Source: an uncultured Gammaproteobacteria bacterium
GTDB taxonomy: Bacteria; Patescibacteriota; Patescibacteriia; UBA1558; 2-01-FULL-52-15
Direction of reading: 5' to 3'
NCBI GenBank assembly: GCA_964402565.1
Contig: CAYOCJ010000002.1
Location: 170,982 to 234,981, forward strand
Length of the DNA stretch: 64,000 bases
In this document: piece after piece, positions 16,873-27,436 of the stretch
How positions within the stretch are numbered: position 1 is the first letter of the stretch
Layout of the letters: the number at the start of each line of letters is the position of its first letter
The notes under the pieces: model-generated
The model's database searches: none
Told to the model about the DNA's origin: nothing
What the model saw: the letters and a program-made list of their open reading frames with translations, nothing else
Position numbers and translations under genes: made by a program

Positions 16873-19619
16873 TACTGTGGCGTCAGTTTGATCGTAACCG
16901 TCTGCCATCCGGAAGCGATGGTTTTTGGAGTTACCGAGGTGATATAACCTGATTTTGATATGGTGATCGTATTCGCCCCCGTGACAACGTCGTTGAAGTA
17001 CACCTGGCCGGACGGCGTACATGCATTTGCGAAACTGATCGCAATATCCGAGACATTGGGCGTATAGGCGGTATTTGCTGTTTGCAGATCAATGCGATAG
17101 CGGATATAGCGATCGCCATTATGGATAGCATTGAGCGTATGATCGGTCGGTTTATAGTAGGTATTCGTCGTGCCATCAGGACCTCGGTAGCTCCAGGTTG
17201 TGGTGGCTGTATTGGTCTGGCTGCTCGCAATACGGATGCGGACAGGATCAACGCCTGTTTGCGAAGGCTGTCCTTCAGGCCGCATCACTAAATGATAGAA
17301 GTTCGTTGGCGCGGTATTATCAAAAATGGAAGAGGTGAGAGTGCCAGAAGCCGCATAGGTTGCTCCGTTTTGCTGAAGCTTGAGTTCACCGACAGGATTC
17401 GATGTGCCTATAGTACTGGAGCTGTCGTATCGATTTGCCGTACTCCAATTCGTTTGCCCTCCTCCTCCTGACCAATCTGTTTGCTGCCAATTCCCTTCGC
17501 CGGTTTGCAATGTTTTCGAATAACTCGGTCCGTCAATTTTTACATCGGCACCCTGGATCGGCTGCTGGGTCACTGCATCGACTGCAAGGACCAGAAGAGC
17601 ATTCGTCGTTTTGGGCTCGGCCACCATCGAGAGCACCTCGGTCGAATCAGGAGAAAGGGACATCGGCAATTGCGGAAGGCTGCCAGCCAGATAGTATTGC
17701 GGGTCTGTCACGGTCGCATTGTATGTATCCCATTCCATAGACGGCAGATCGAGTTCTCCGTTATTGTCAGTGCTGAGATCGGAGCTGTACTTTGGCACAT
17801 CAGGTGATTGGCCTATCAGTTTTGCACCAGTGAGATTAAAGTCGATATTGGGACGGGGACTGCACACTTGGTCGACTGTTCTCACATTCAATGTGCTTAA
17901 CGCATCGATTGAGAAACTGACCTGCGTGACCGCATCTGCAAGGACCGTTGCATGCGGCTTCAGCGGGCTCGGATTATTTGGATCTCCGACTGCATAGGTT
18001 TTATCAGTTGAGAATCCAGGTTTTGTTACGGTGATTTGATACGACTGCTCAGCAGGCGGCGCATCAATGACAACGAGCTGCCCCTGGTTATTGGTCGTAT
18101 CTGTAAAATCGAGGGCAGGGTCGGTGGTTGTATTGACAATAGAGACAGAAGCGTCAGGCACTGGCGCTCCCACAGCGTCAAAGACCTGGATCAATAAGGC
18201 GCCATTCCCGCCGCTTGTTTCCAGGCGCTTCGGCGCCACAGTCGTGGTCCCTGAGTAGCTCGTTGCTATTTCACAGGTCACACAGGTGACCTGTACCTCA
18301 GCTAATTTATAATCGCCAGGAGACGTATCGCCGATGGTAGGGTTTCCGGTGATGAGTAAATTAAATATGCCGGTGCCATAGGTAATACTCGATTTATTGT
18401 CGATCGTGATTTTGTATCCAGTAGCTTCGACGACCTGCGCTCCGTTGCCAATGGCTATCAAACCGTCATTGGCATAGAGAATGCCTCGAAAACCGGTGGA
18501 GTTATTGATCTGTATCGCGGGGTTGTTTGAACTTTTTGATCCATTCGTAGTAATGAATACAGCATAACTGCCGGCAAACGGATTACAGGAATTTTTTTGT
18601 TTATTATATCCCTCTGATCCGCAGGCAGCAGTATTATTGTTGATCGAGATAGAACCGTCTGCAATGATCACGCCGCTGGCGCTCGAGTAGGTTGGACTCA
18701 GGTAAATGCTTCCGCTATTCGAAAGGCTGATGGTGCCGGTCACCCATAACGTTCCGGTTACAACGAGTTCGCCGCTGCCGGTTATCGTAATATTGCCATT
18801 GATCTTTTTTGGTCCGATGGTGACCTTTTGCCCGTTGCCGATAGTAACCGAGCCCGTTGTTCCTACTGCTGCCGCTTCGTTCTTCCATTCGGTGATCTTC
18901 GCACTTGAAATAGGCAAATTTTGTGAAGGCGTGTCTGAGGTCCCGGGATGTTGCGCCCCGCTGACGGTTGAATTTTGTATCGTTTGATAGTACGCGTCGC
19001 CGGTTATCGTAGCATTTGTAATGGCATGCGCATGTGCATCACCGGCAATTTTTATAAAGTCGAGCGTATTGCCGCCCGCAACCCACATGTCGTCAGTTAC
19101 ATTCGCTTTATTGTCACCAGTTGCGGTACCGTTCGAGAATACTTTGCCGAAGATCGTCGCCGTGTTTGACATGATGAGGCCGCCGTCGCCGACCTGAGCG
19201 CTGAACGGGAATCGTACATCGTCAAGGTTATTGCCCAGCACGCCATCAAATGGATCATCTATGTTCCTGACGATCGTCCGCACCTCATACGTTTTGCCGT
19301 TACGAACTATTTCTTTCGTCGGTTCGAGAAAACCGTTGGGGACGCTGTCTTTCAGCCCCAGTGACGTAAATGGAATTGCATGGATGCTTTCGAGCTCTTC
19401 CTGCAATATGGTATTAGCACCGGTGCGTTCAGATGAAACTTTGACCAGGCGCAGAACATTGGTGTAGACCATGAAGAGCCCCACGCTAACCAGCGCAAAG
19501 ACCGCGACTCCTACAATAGTTTCAACGAGGGTGAAGCCTGTGTGCACTGGGCTCAAAAATGACGGCGAGGCGCCCCCTCCATGCGAAACTTTTTGTTTTA
19601 CTGACTTAAAAAAAGCCAT
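16872..19619 (-). CDS. Large prepilin-type protein with beta-rich and carboxypeptidase-regulatory-like domains
   Basis: G/FTLVETIVGVAVF; repeated VPDASVSI / YQITVTKPGF beta-sandwich motifs. Confidence 0.82.
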   Translation of the reverse strand: MAFFKSVKQKVSHGGGASPSFLSPVHTGFTLVETIVGVAVFALVSVGLFMVYTNVLRLVKVSSERTGANTILQEELESIHAIPFTSLGLKDSVPNGFLEPTKEIVRNGKTYEVRTIVRNIDDPFDGVLGNNLDDVRFPFSAQVGDGGLIMSNTATIFGKVFSNGTATGDNKANVTDDMWVAGGNTLDFIKIAGDAHAHAITNATITGDAYYQTIQNSTVSGAQHPGTSDTPSQNLPISSAKITEWKNEAAAVGTTGSVTIGNGQKVTIGPKKINGNITITGSGELVVTGTLWVTGTISLSNSGSIYLSPTYSSASGVIIADGSISINNNTAACGSEGYNKQKNSCNPFAGSYAVFITTNGSKSSNNPAIQINNSTGFRGILYANDGLIAIGNGAQVVEATGYKITIDNKSSITYGTGIFNLLITGNPTIGDTSPGDYKLAEVQVTCVTCEIATSYSGTTTVAPKRLETSGGNGALLIQVFDAVGAPVPDASVSIVNTTTDPALDFTDTTNNQGQLVVIDAPPAEQSYQITVTKPGFSTDKTYAVGDPNNPSPLKPHATVLADAVTQVSFSIDALSTLNVRTVDQVCSPRPNIDFNLTGAKLIGQSPDVPKYSSDLSTDNNGELDLPSMEWDTYNATVTDPQYYLAGSLPQLPMSLSPDSTEVLSMVAEPKTTNALLVLAVDAVTQQPIQGADVKIDGPSYSKTLQTGEGNWQQTDWSGGGGQTNWSTANRYDSSSTIGTSNPVGELKLQQNGATYAASGTLTSSIFDNTAPTNFYHLVMRPEGQPSQTGVDPVRIRIASSQTNTATTTWSYRGPDGTTNTYYKPTDHTLNAIHNGDRYIRYRIDLQTANTAYTPNVSDIAISFANACTPSGQVYFNDVVTGANTITISKSGYITSVTPKTIASGWQTVTIKLTPQ

Positions 19620-19656
19620 AGTGTGATGGCCCTAGTATACCAAGTTTTTGATGGAT

Positions 19657-21018
19657 TTACCAAGATTTTTTGTGTCCGCGGTTCAGTTTCACCGTGGTAT
19701 TGGCCAGATAGATCGTCCCGGCGACAAAGATCATCCAGAGTATGCTGAGATCATTTTTAAAATAAGGCACATCGACAAGTCCGTGGATCACTATGCAGAT
19801 CCACGCCATGGTCATCCCCCAGGCTAATGCGCGGGAATTGCCGGAGATGAAATGCGCGTTGAGTGCTTTTTGAAGCGTATTGCCGATAGCGACCAGCAGC
19901 CATATAAATGCGATGAGCCCAAGAAGCCCAAGTTCGCTCCACGTATTGAGCAGAATGGTGTGCGGATAGAGGTAGATCTCGAGAAATTCGTGGGTATGGA
20001 AGGGGCGCACCGCATTTTGATAATTCGCTAAGCCCCCTCCGCGGAATGGATGCGCCATCAATAGTTCGGCAGTTTCGCGCCACTGGTTGATGCGAATTTC
20101 AAGCGAGGAGGATTTCAGGTCAAGATAATTTCTTGACACATTTCTGACCAAGGATGAGAACTTCTCAGTCACTGGAGTCATCGTGAGAAATATAATGATG
20201 CCGATGGTCGTCGCAAGGCCCAGGAGCAACCGCAATCTGCCTATGCGGAACAAAGTTAACCAGCCAATAACGAGCAGCGCGAGAGCTGCGCCAGTTGTCT
20301 TGGCCGCAAGCACAGTGGCGATCCCCAGAATGATGACAATGAGGCTATACCATTGTTTGCGCATGGTTTGTTGTCGCGTGAATGAACCGATATAGTAGGC
20401 GACAATGGGAGCCACCAGCAAACTATTCGCATTCGGATAACCGAATAGTGTGGTGACGCGCCGATGCGCGGCATCAGCCCAGAATGGGTTTTCAATGCCG
20501 ACGCCGGTAAAATGCTGATAGATCGCGATGCAGCCTATGAACATCGTCAGTAAACCAAGCGCTGACATGATGCGCTCGAAATGCTCATAGGTTTTTATTT
20601 CGTAGACCAGAACAATAAGCAGCATAAGCGGCTCAATAAAGTATGCTTTGAGTATGCCGAATGCTTCTGGCTGGGCAGGTGACAAGAATGCGGAGATCCC
20701 TGCTGCAAGTATCAGCAACGATAAGGCAAAACGATATGCAATAGGGATATTGTTGGTCACGCCGCTCTTTCTCCAAAAAATTACATTGATCCGCTTCCAT
20801 TGTCCATTGCGCATGAGCCATATAGCGAACAGGATCAGGACGAAGATTTCAAGCGCGGTTACCGGTATGCCTGCGATCGTGAAGCGGAGAAGGTAGCTTG
20901 GCAAGATCAAACAAAGCAGCGTAATGCCTGACATCCTGTCGCGCCAGCACAGCACCGCAAACAGCACTGCTGCGGCCAGCATTTTTATAGATATCAATGA
21001 TAGACTGAGGAGCTCCAT
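19657..21018 (-). CDS. O-antigen ligase/Wzy_C family membrane protein
   Basis: Multi-TM; RVTTLFGYPN, RINQW, GGGLANY and YPHTILLNTWSELGLLG motifs. Confidence 0.85.
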   Translation of the reverse strand: MELLSLSLISIKMLAAAVLFAVLCWRDRMSGITLLCLILPSYLLRFTIAGIPVTALEIFVLILFAIWLMRNGQWKRINVIFWRKSGVTNNIPIAYRFALSLLILAAGISAFLSPAQPEAFGILKAYFIEPLMLLIVLVYEIKTYEHFERIMSALGLLTMFIGCIAIYQHFTGVGIENPFWADAAHRRVTTLFGYPNANSLLVAPIVAYYIGSFTRQQTMRKQWYSLIVIILGIATVLAAKTTGAALALLVIGWLTLFRIGRLRLLLGLATTIGIIIFLTMTPVTEKFSSLVRNVSRNYLDLKSSSLEIRINQWRETAELLMAHPFRGGGLANYQNAVRPFHTHEFLEIYLYPHTILLNTWSELGLLGLIAFIWLLVAIGNTLQKALNAHFISGNSRALAWGMTMAWICIVIHGLVDVPYFKNDLSILWMIFVAGTIYLANTTVKLNRGHKKSW

Positions 21019-21020
21019 AA

Positions 21021-22454
21021 TTAACCGGTTATAAGCAGCTTTAGTTCATCTGGATGAACGGTGCGAAGGAGGTATGCCAGTGCACAGTAACAGATAAAAC
21101 CGATGGCAGTGACGAAAAGCACAGGCATGAAAGGCGCAATCAGCCAGATAGTAATGGCCATGCCTGCGCTTGCAATGCAGATCTTGAATAGCGCAGACCA
21201 TGGGATCTGCAAATGAATGGTGTCATGGATCACGAACCATGCGCTCGCAACGATCATGAGCTCGCTGAGCACCGTCATCCAGGCAGCGCCCCAATAATTA
21301 AATCGGGGAATGGCCAATACATATCCAATTAGGCTCACGACTGCAGTAGCGAAGAAAAATTTGATCATCTTTTTTTGTTTTTCTATCACCAGTACGACAT
21401 AGGTATAGAGTGTCCCAAAAAATATGGCCGCAGTTGCCAGCATGAGCACGCCCAAGACTGGGCCAGAGGCAGAGAACGTATCGCCGGCAACGAACACCAT
21501 GATTTTTTTGCCAAGCATCATGCCGCCAACCACAATCGGTATAGTCAATGCCGCAAAAAATATAAATGCACGCTCCCAAACTGTTTGTAATCTGGCCACA
21601 TCGCGCGCTACCCATGCGGCGGTCAGCAAGGGCAAGATCAATCCCATGAACATGTGCGGGAATGCAGTAAGTATCTCAAGCACGCGATACGCTGCTCCAT
21701 ATATGCCGACACTTTCCTGGCTTTGTGTCAGCGAAAGGATGATGGTGTCTGCTCTGAAGTATACCAGGTTCAATGCAATGGTTACTGCGATAGGCCATGT
21801 TTTATGCATGACCTCTCGCCAATATGCCGTATCAAAAGCAAGTCGAAGATGTACGGGATTTGGCAAACGTGAAAGCATATACCATGCTGCAAAAAAAGTC
21901 AGAACCCCGATCAGCGAGAACGTTATAAAGATGCTCTGCAAACCCCAGTCGCGCGTGACGATCAGATACATCGCTACGACAGAGGCGCATTTATTGAATA
22001 CATTAATCACACCGATCGAGACCATGCGCAATTGTTTTTGAAAAACTGCAGTTACGGTAGAAACCAATGAGGCAGAAAGATACGAAACTGCAAGCAGTGT
22101 GGCGCCAAGCTTTGTCACCGAGTCATACGGTGAAAACTGTATAAGTATCAGCGCAATAACGAGCAGTGCAGCGCTTGAAATAAGACGGATGGTAAAAATA
22201 TTATTACTGATCGCGCCCATCCGGTCCTCATGTGCTGAGATCTCCCGCAATAAGGTAAGATAGAGGCCAAAATCCACCAAGGTAACGAAGAATTGCAATA
22301 GAGCATTTACCGTCGTGAAGTGCCCGAAACCGGCAGGACTCAAATATCGAGTGATCATGGCTAGCATGATCACACCGATGACGATCTCTACGATACGGAG
22401 CCCTGTTTGTGCAAGGGTTGTAACTGCAATTGTTTTACCAGTCGAAGATGCCAT
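21021..22454 (-). CDS. Wzx-like polysaccharide flippase
   Basis: About 14 TM; TRYLSPAGFG, DFGL, DTIILS and VGIYGAAYR motifs. Confidence 0.88.
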   Translation of the reverse strand: MASSTGKTIAVTTLAQTGLRIVEIVIGVIMLAMITRYLSPAGFGHFTTVNALLQFFVTLVDFGLYLTLLREISAHEDRMGAISNNIFTIRLISSAALLVIALILIQFSPYDSVTKLGATLLAVSYLSASLVSTVTAVFQKQLRMVSIGVINVFNKCASVVAMYLIVTRDWGLQSIFITFSLIGVLTFFAAWYMLSRLPNPVHLRLAFDTAYWREVMHKTWPIAVTIALNLVYFRADTIILSLTQSQESVGIYGAAYRVLEILTAFPHMFMGLILPLLTAAWVARDVARLQTVWERAFIFFAALTIPIVVGGMMLGKKIMVFVAGDTFSASGPVLGVLMLATAAIFFGTLYTYVVLVIEKQKKMIKFFFATAVVSLIGYVLAIPRFNYWGAAWMTVLSELMIVASAWFVIHDTIHLQIPWSALFKICIASAGMAITIWLIAPFMPVLFVTAIGFICYCALAYLLRTVHPDELKLLITG

Positions 22455-22568
22455 AGAATATACTTGTTATACCATGAGATTGAGAGTTTGTGGAGAAGTT
22501 ATCATTACAGTTGACTCAGAGATTGATACAGGGTATTTTTTAGGCCTGTTCATTAGAGGAGGTGGGGC

Positions 22569-22766
22569 GTGGAAGACGATTTTATCAATGAAGCCCATTG
22601 TGATAACGCTGGACTCTGTGAAGCACCGCGAGGGGCTCGAGGTATTACGAATTGCATCTATTGCGGTAAAGAGCTGCACGAGAAAGACGGATGGTGGTGG
22701 ACGTGGGACGCAGACTTTTCTGAATTCCCTCAGCCGCAAGGGGCGGTTAGTAAAAACTGCCCTTAG
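22569..22766 (+). CDS. Small Cys-rich hypothetical protein
   Basis: Strong SD (gaggaggt) before GTG; CIYCG motif; ends within a terminator hairpin. Confidence 0.5.
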   Translation: MEDDFINEAHCDNAGLCEAPRGARGITNCIYCGKELHEKDGWWWTWDADFSEFPQPQGAVSKNCP

Positions 22767-22793
22767 AAGTTTTCACTTCCAAGGGCAGTTTTT
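22752..22793. terminator. Bidirectional terminator
   Basis: aaaaactgccctt...aagggcagttttt between convergent genes. Confidence 0.75.
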
Positions 22794-22814
22794 TGTTTAG
22801 TTCGCATGCATTGC

Positions 22815-23813
22815 CTAATCCTTCTTCATCGCAACCGCGAGAATCTTTTTTCGTATCTCTGCCATGAGCTTCTTGTCTTGCTGCAGGAAGGATTTGGCAT
22901 TTTCACGGCCCGTGCCAAGCTTCGTGCCGCTATAGGTATAGGTATTGCCGCTCTTGGTAATGACTTCGTAGAGTACGCCCTGATCGATCAAGTCTGAAGC
23001 GAGCGAGATGCCTTCATTGTACATGATGTCGAATTCGCAGGTCTTGAACGGAGGAGCGACCTTATTTTTGACGATTTTTACTTTCACACGATTACCGATG
23101 ACTTTTTCACCCTGCTTGATCACTGCTGCACGCCTGACCTCGACACGGACCGATGCATAGAATTTCAATGCATTGCCGCCGGTCGTTGTTTCCGGGTTGC
23201 CGAAGAAGACGCCGATCTTCATTCTGATCTGATTGATGAAAATAACGGTCGTTTTGGTTTTACTGATGATGCCGGCTAACTTGCGCAATGCCTGGCTCAT
23301 GAGCCGCGCCTGCAAACCCATATGGGAGTCGCCCATATCACCTTCAAGTTCGGCTTTCGGGACGAGAGCTGCTACTGAGTCGATGACAATGGCATCAAAT
23401 GCATTTGATCTGACCAAGGTTTCGACTATTTCAAGGGCTTGTTCGCCGGTATCTGGTTGCGCGATGAATAGATCTTTCGTATGAACACCGATCATTTTTG
23501 CATATTCTGGGTCAAGAGCATGCTCAGCATCGATGAACGCTGCAAGACCGCCTTGTTTCTGTACTTCTGCAACAATGTGCTGGGCCAAGGTTGTTTTGCC
23601 TGAGCTTTCCGGTCCGTAGATCTCGATGATGCGGCCGCGAGGTACACCGCCGATGCCCAATGCAATGTCCAATGAAAGGCATCCGGTCGGGATCCCCTCA
23701 AGATTCAGGGCTTTATTATCGCCTAACTTCATGATGGAGCCTTCACCGAAACGCTCCTTAATTTGGTTGATAGCTTCGGTTGCTGCCTGTGTTTTTTTTG
23801 ATTCTTCTGGCAT
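22815..23813 (-). CDS. recA: Recombinase RecA
   Basis: [34 protein letters not shown] and [12 protein letters not shown]; start at MPEESKK. Confidence 0.98.
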   Translation of the reverse strand: MPEESKKTQAATEAINQIKERFGEGSIMKLGDNKALNLEGIPTGCLSLDIALGIGGVPRGRIIEIYGPESSGKTTLAQHIVAEVQKQGGLAAFIDAEHALDPEYAKMIGVHTKDLFIAQPDTGEQALEIVETLVRSNAFDAIVIDSVAALVPKAELEGDMGDSHMGLQARLMSQALRKLAGIISKTKTTVIFINQIRMKIGVFFGNPETTTGGNALKFYASVRVEVRRAAVIKQGEKVIGNRVKVKIVKNKVAPPFKTCEFDIMYNEGISLASDLIDQGVLYEVITKSGNTYTYSGTKLGTGRENAKSFLQQDKKLMAEIRKKILAVAMKKD

Positions 23814-23823
23814 AGATATCTTG

Positions 23824-24540
23824 TTAGTTATTAGGCCCTGTTGCTGTTGTTGATGTTGCAGTGATGGAAGGCGGTTCGGTTTTGACAATCGTGATTTCTT
23901 TGAGGAAGCTGCGGCTATGCTTTTTCTTGGCTTCAATGCTAATGGTGTTCAGACCATTGGTCAAGGCTATTTCCTGGTTGAAGCTGTTCGTCGCATCAAG
24001 GACGACAGGCTGTTTATTGATCGTCAGGGTGGTTCCTGCTTCGGTCTGGCCCTTCAGTATAATACTATTTTCCTGGGTGCGGAAGTCCGCTAAGGGCGAA
24101 GCAAAAGTGACCACCGGAGGACTGATGCTTTCATGAATAACGAAGCCCGCATAGCCAAGTATCAAGAGCAGGACGATGCCTATGGCGATGCGGCGCCCGG
24201 TTATCAGTGCTGCGAATTTCGGGAATAATTTTCTCTGCTGTATGCCGTTTTTCTGCTCGAGCTTGGCGCGTATGCTATTCTCTTTTTCATAGGAGATCAT
24301 CAGATCACGGGGATTGATCTCCAAGAATTGGGCATATTTTTTTACCCAGGCTTTGGTATACATCTCGCCAGGCAGGAGGTGGTATTGAGAAGACTCGATA
24401 GCTTCTAAATATTTTTCCTGAATCGCTAATCGTTGCGCGCATTCAGCGAGCGTCATGCCTTTCGCCGAACGTGCTCGTTTGAGCTGTTCGCTGACGGTGG
24501 TATACATCCCAAGTTCGGTCCGGGTGAAGGTATTCGCCAT
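23824..24540 (-). CDS. RodZ-like XRE HTH-TM-Ig-like protein
   Basis: [15 protein letters not shown]...YLEAIE...LPGEMY, one TM, C-terminal Ig-like [12 protein letters not shown]. Confidence 0.75.
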   Translation of the reverse strand: MANTFTRTELGMYTTVSEQLKRARSAKGMTLAECAQRLAIQEKYLEAIESSQYHLLPGEMYTKAWVKKYAQFLEINPRDLMISYEKENSIRAKLEQKNGIQQRKLFPKFAALITGRRIAIGIVLLLILGYAGFVIHESISPPVVTFASPLADFRTQENSIILKGQTEAGTTLTINKQPVVLDATNSFNQEIALTNGLNTISIEAKKKHSRSFLKEITIVKTEPPSITATSTTATGPNN

Positions 24541-24550
24541 ACAAGCGACC

Positions 24551-26884
24551 TTAGGAGTTTTCCTCTTCGGCTGAGTCTAGAGGTTCGTCCTCCGCCTCTG
24601 TGGAGCTGTCATCGTCATGGGCATAGAGATCATCTTCACTGACGCGCTCTTCGGTCGGTTCATCGCCGTATTCTTCACGTCCCGAGCGCGCGTATTGCGC
24701 ATCTAATTCTTCCTGTGTAATGAGCACTTCGCGGGGTTTCGAACTGTTTTGCGGTCCGATAATGCCGCGCTCTTCCAGGAGGTCGAGGATGCGCGATGCT
24801 TTCGCAAAGCCGACCCGCATTCTGCTCTGCAGCAAGGTGGCGCTTGCGCGCTTTGCCTTCACCACCACTTCGGTTGCCAGCATCAAGTCGCGTTCAGTCG
24901 AGTCGCTTTCAAATCCGGCATTTGATCCGCCGCCCATAAGACCGGTCTTTCGTTCAGTGACCTCAGCCTGATATTGAGGCTCGCCATGCTGTTTCAGGTA
25001 GTCGGTAACCCCGGTAATTTCTTTATCGCTCAAGTATGCGCCTTGTATACGGCGCGGCTTAGAAAGTTCTGCAGATATATAGAGCATGTCTCCGTTGCCG
25101 AGCAGTTTTTCAGCACCAGAAGAATCGATGATCGTACGGGAATCAGTCACTGAAGCAACCGAGAAAGCTATGCGTGAAGTGATATTTGCTTTGATAAGTC
25201 CGGTAATGACATTTACCGATGGACGCTGGGTGGCAAGTATCAGGTGGATGCCGACGGCGCGTGCCATTTGAGCCAGCCGGATGATAGCCGCCTCTACTTC
25301 TTTTGCTGCAACCATCATGAGGTCTGCAAGCTCGTCGATCACAATGACGATATACGGCATGGGCTCCATCAGGCGGGCGTCATTATAGGCCTGGATATTT
25401 TTCTTGCCTGCTGCGGCGAGCATTTTATAGCGTTCATCCATTTGCGAAACGGCCCAGCGCAATGCATTGATCGTTTTATCGGTTTCAGTGATGACCGGAG
25501 CCAGCAAATGCGGAATGCCGTCGTAACCAGAAAGCTCTACGCGTTTCGGGTCGACCAGTATGAGTTTTAAAATGTCTGGTGAGTTCTGATACAGCAAAGA
25601 AATAAGCATCGCATTAATGCAAACTGATTTGCCGGAGCCAGTAGCACCAGCAATGAGCAGGTGCGGCATCTTCGCCAGATCAGCCATGGACGTTTTGCCG
25701 GTCACATCTTTACCAAGTGCGAGCATCAAGTTGCTGTGGCGTTCTGTGTATGCCTGTGATTGCAAGATCTCCTTCAGTTTCACGATAGAAACGCTTTGGT
25801 TCGGAACTTCGATGCCGACCAGCGACTTGCCGGGGATAGGCGCTTCGATGCGCAGCGGGTGTGCTGCCAGAGCAAGTGAAAGGTCATTTTGCAAAGCACT
25901 GATCTGATTTAATTTCACTCCCTCAAGCGGCTTCAAGGTATATTGAGTCACGGTCGGTCCGACATTGACCTCACCCATGGTCACATCGATGCCAAAACTC
26001 TTTAACGTGGCTTCGATCTTTTTCATGTTTGCTTTGATGTCACCGCTCGCCGGCATATCCGTTGAGCCACTGAGCAGATCAATAGGCACATCGATCTTTG
26101 GTTGCGCCACTTTTTTTGCAGGAGCTTTCGCTGCCGATGCTTTAGAGCTGGCTTTTGCATTTCCGAACGGCAGATTTATCTGCGGCGTGCTTTCTTCTTC
26201 GTCGGATTCATCGTCTTCAGGTTCTGCCAGCTCGCTTGTTTTGAAATTATTCGTGTATAGAGGAGACGGCGCTTCACGTCGATTGCTGTTCGCGACCGTA
26301 CGGCGTTCGCGCCATTGCATGAAAGTTGCGGCTATGTTTTGCCACATGCCCATGAGGCTTGAGAACGATGTATTGAAGAAAATAAATGCACCGATAAAGA
26401 AGATCGCGAGAAGTACAACCAAGGTTCCCCAGAACGCCATCACATGATAGAGCGGCGCCCCAATCGCATATCCGACAAAGCCTCCGCCTTTGCCTGATGC
26501 AATGATCTCATCCAAAGCAAGGTCGCGTACGGTCAAGTGCAATAATCCGCTATAGCCAAGGATCGTCAGTCCAAGGCCGATATAGTTTATCAATTTGATG
26601 TCATAACGCCCTGGCCGCAGGAGCAAGTAGCTCATCATGAGGAGCATGATCGGAAACAGGAAATCTCCCCAGCCGAATACTTTTGCCAAGAAACTGGTAA
26701 TGTAGATGCCGAGATTTCCGGTAGCCTGGAAAAAAGACAGCAGGCTTATGAAGGCAATAGTAAAAAGCACGACAATGGCGATCCCGCGTTTTGTTTCTGA
26801 GGCTAAGGTGAAATTCCCGGTTCTGGATCTTGGCAGGCTTCTGCCAGCTGGCATACGACGATTTCGATTTGCTTGTCTGAACAT
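24551..26884 (-). CDS. ftsK: DNA translocase FtsK/SpoIIIE
   Basis: N-terminal TMs, PHLLIAGATGSGKS, VIDELADLM, ATQRPS, gamma domain SATLLQSRMRVGFAKA. Confidence 0.96.
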   Translation of the reverse strand: MFRQANRNRRMPAGRSLPRSRTGNFTLASETKRGIAIVVLFTIAFISLLSFFQATGNLGIYITSFLAKVFGWGDFLFPIMLLMMSYLLLRPGRYDIKLINYIGLGLTILGYSGLLHLTVRDLALDEIIASGKGGGFVGYAIGAPLYHVMAFWGTLVVLLAIFFIGAFIFFNTSFSSLMGMWQNIAATFMQWRERRTVANSNRREAPSPLYTNNFKTSELAEPEDDESDEEESTPQINLPFGNAKASSKASAAKAPAKKVAQPKIDVPIDLLSGSTDMPASGDIKANMKKIEATLKSFGIDVTMGEVNVGPTVTQYTLKPLEGVKLNQISALQNDLSLALAAHPLRIEAPIPGKSLVGIEVPNQSVSIVKLKEILQSQAYTERHSNLMLALGKDVTGKTSMADLAKMPHLLIAGATGSGKSVCINAMLISLLYQNSPDILKLILVDPKRVELSGYDGIPHLLAPVITETDKTINALRWAVSQMDERYKMLAAAGKKNIQAYNDARLMEPMPYIVIVIDELADLMMVAAKEVEAAIIRLAQMARAVGIHLILATQRPSVNVITGLIKANITSRIAFSVASVTDSRTIIDSSGAEKLLGNGDMLYISAELSKPRRIQGAYLSDKEITGVTDYLKQHGEPQYQAEVTERKTGLMGGGSNAGFESDSTERDLMLATEVVVKAKRASATLLQSRMRVGFAKASRILDLLEERGIIGPQNSSKPREVLITQEELDAQYARSGREEYGDEPTEERVSEDDLYAHDDDSSTEAEDEPLDSAEEENS

Positions 26885-26989
26885 AATGTAGTCGACTAAT
26901 TCTAGCATAGAATAAGCCTTTTGTAAGGGCTGATTTTGCCTAAAAAAGTGCTTATTTTCAGACATATTGACAGATCGTGTACGTACGGG

Positions 26990-27370
26990 TTAATCTAGTG
27001 AATCTTCTGTTCTTACGCGTTTCAGGAGGTCATCATGTTCCACTTCAACTTCCCGCTGGAAAGCGGCGAAGAGCTCTTGGTAGATTTCTCTCTTGAATCT
27101 GGACCGAAGGCCCGATGCCATTATTGCGGAAAGCCAGGATTTCAGTCTCTCGTCGAGGTTGAGTGTATCGTCTGCGACGGCGTTTTGATCGATAAGGATT
27201 CCAGCCTGTATTGGGCAGCGGTAGGCAAGATCCGGCAAACATGTTTTCACAAGCGAGGACGGTGCGAGCCGCAGACAGAATGTGCGGAAAAATTTTGGGA
27301 TGAAGTATTTGCGGCCCTTGATGACCTCGGGACCTGAAGCCCCGTGTAGCGATATGCGGGGCTTTTTCAT
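26990..27370 (-). CDS. Hypothetical protein
   Basis: 126-aa ORF filling the gap between rpoC and ftsK; no recognisable motif. Confidence 0.4.
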   Translation of the reverse strand: MKKPRISLHGASGPEVIKGRKYFIPKFFRTFCLRLAPSSLVKTCLPDLAYRCPIQAGILIDQNAVADDTLNLDERLKSWLSAIMASGLRSRFKREIYQELFAAFQREVEVEHDDLLKRVRTEDSLD

Positions 27371-27378
27371 ATATACAC

Positions 27379-27415
27379 AAAACCTCTCGTCCGCCGGATG
27401 GCAGAGAGAGGTTTT
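27379..27415 (-). terminator. Terminator after rpoC
   Basis: aaaacctctc...gagaggtttt stem. Confidence 0.65.
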
Positions 27416-27436
27416 GTGCGAATAGAGATTCGCTGA

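Noticed and set aside
23814-23936. Poly-Gln N-terminal extension of RecA
   Set aside because: It overlaps the 3' end of the upstream rodZ-like gene in another frame; RecA starts at 23813.
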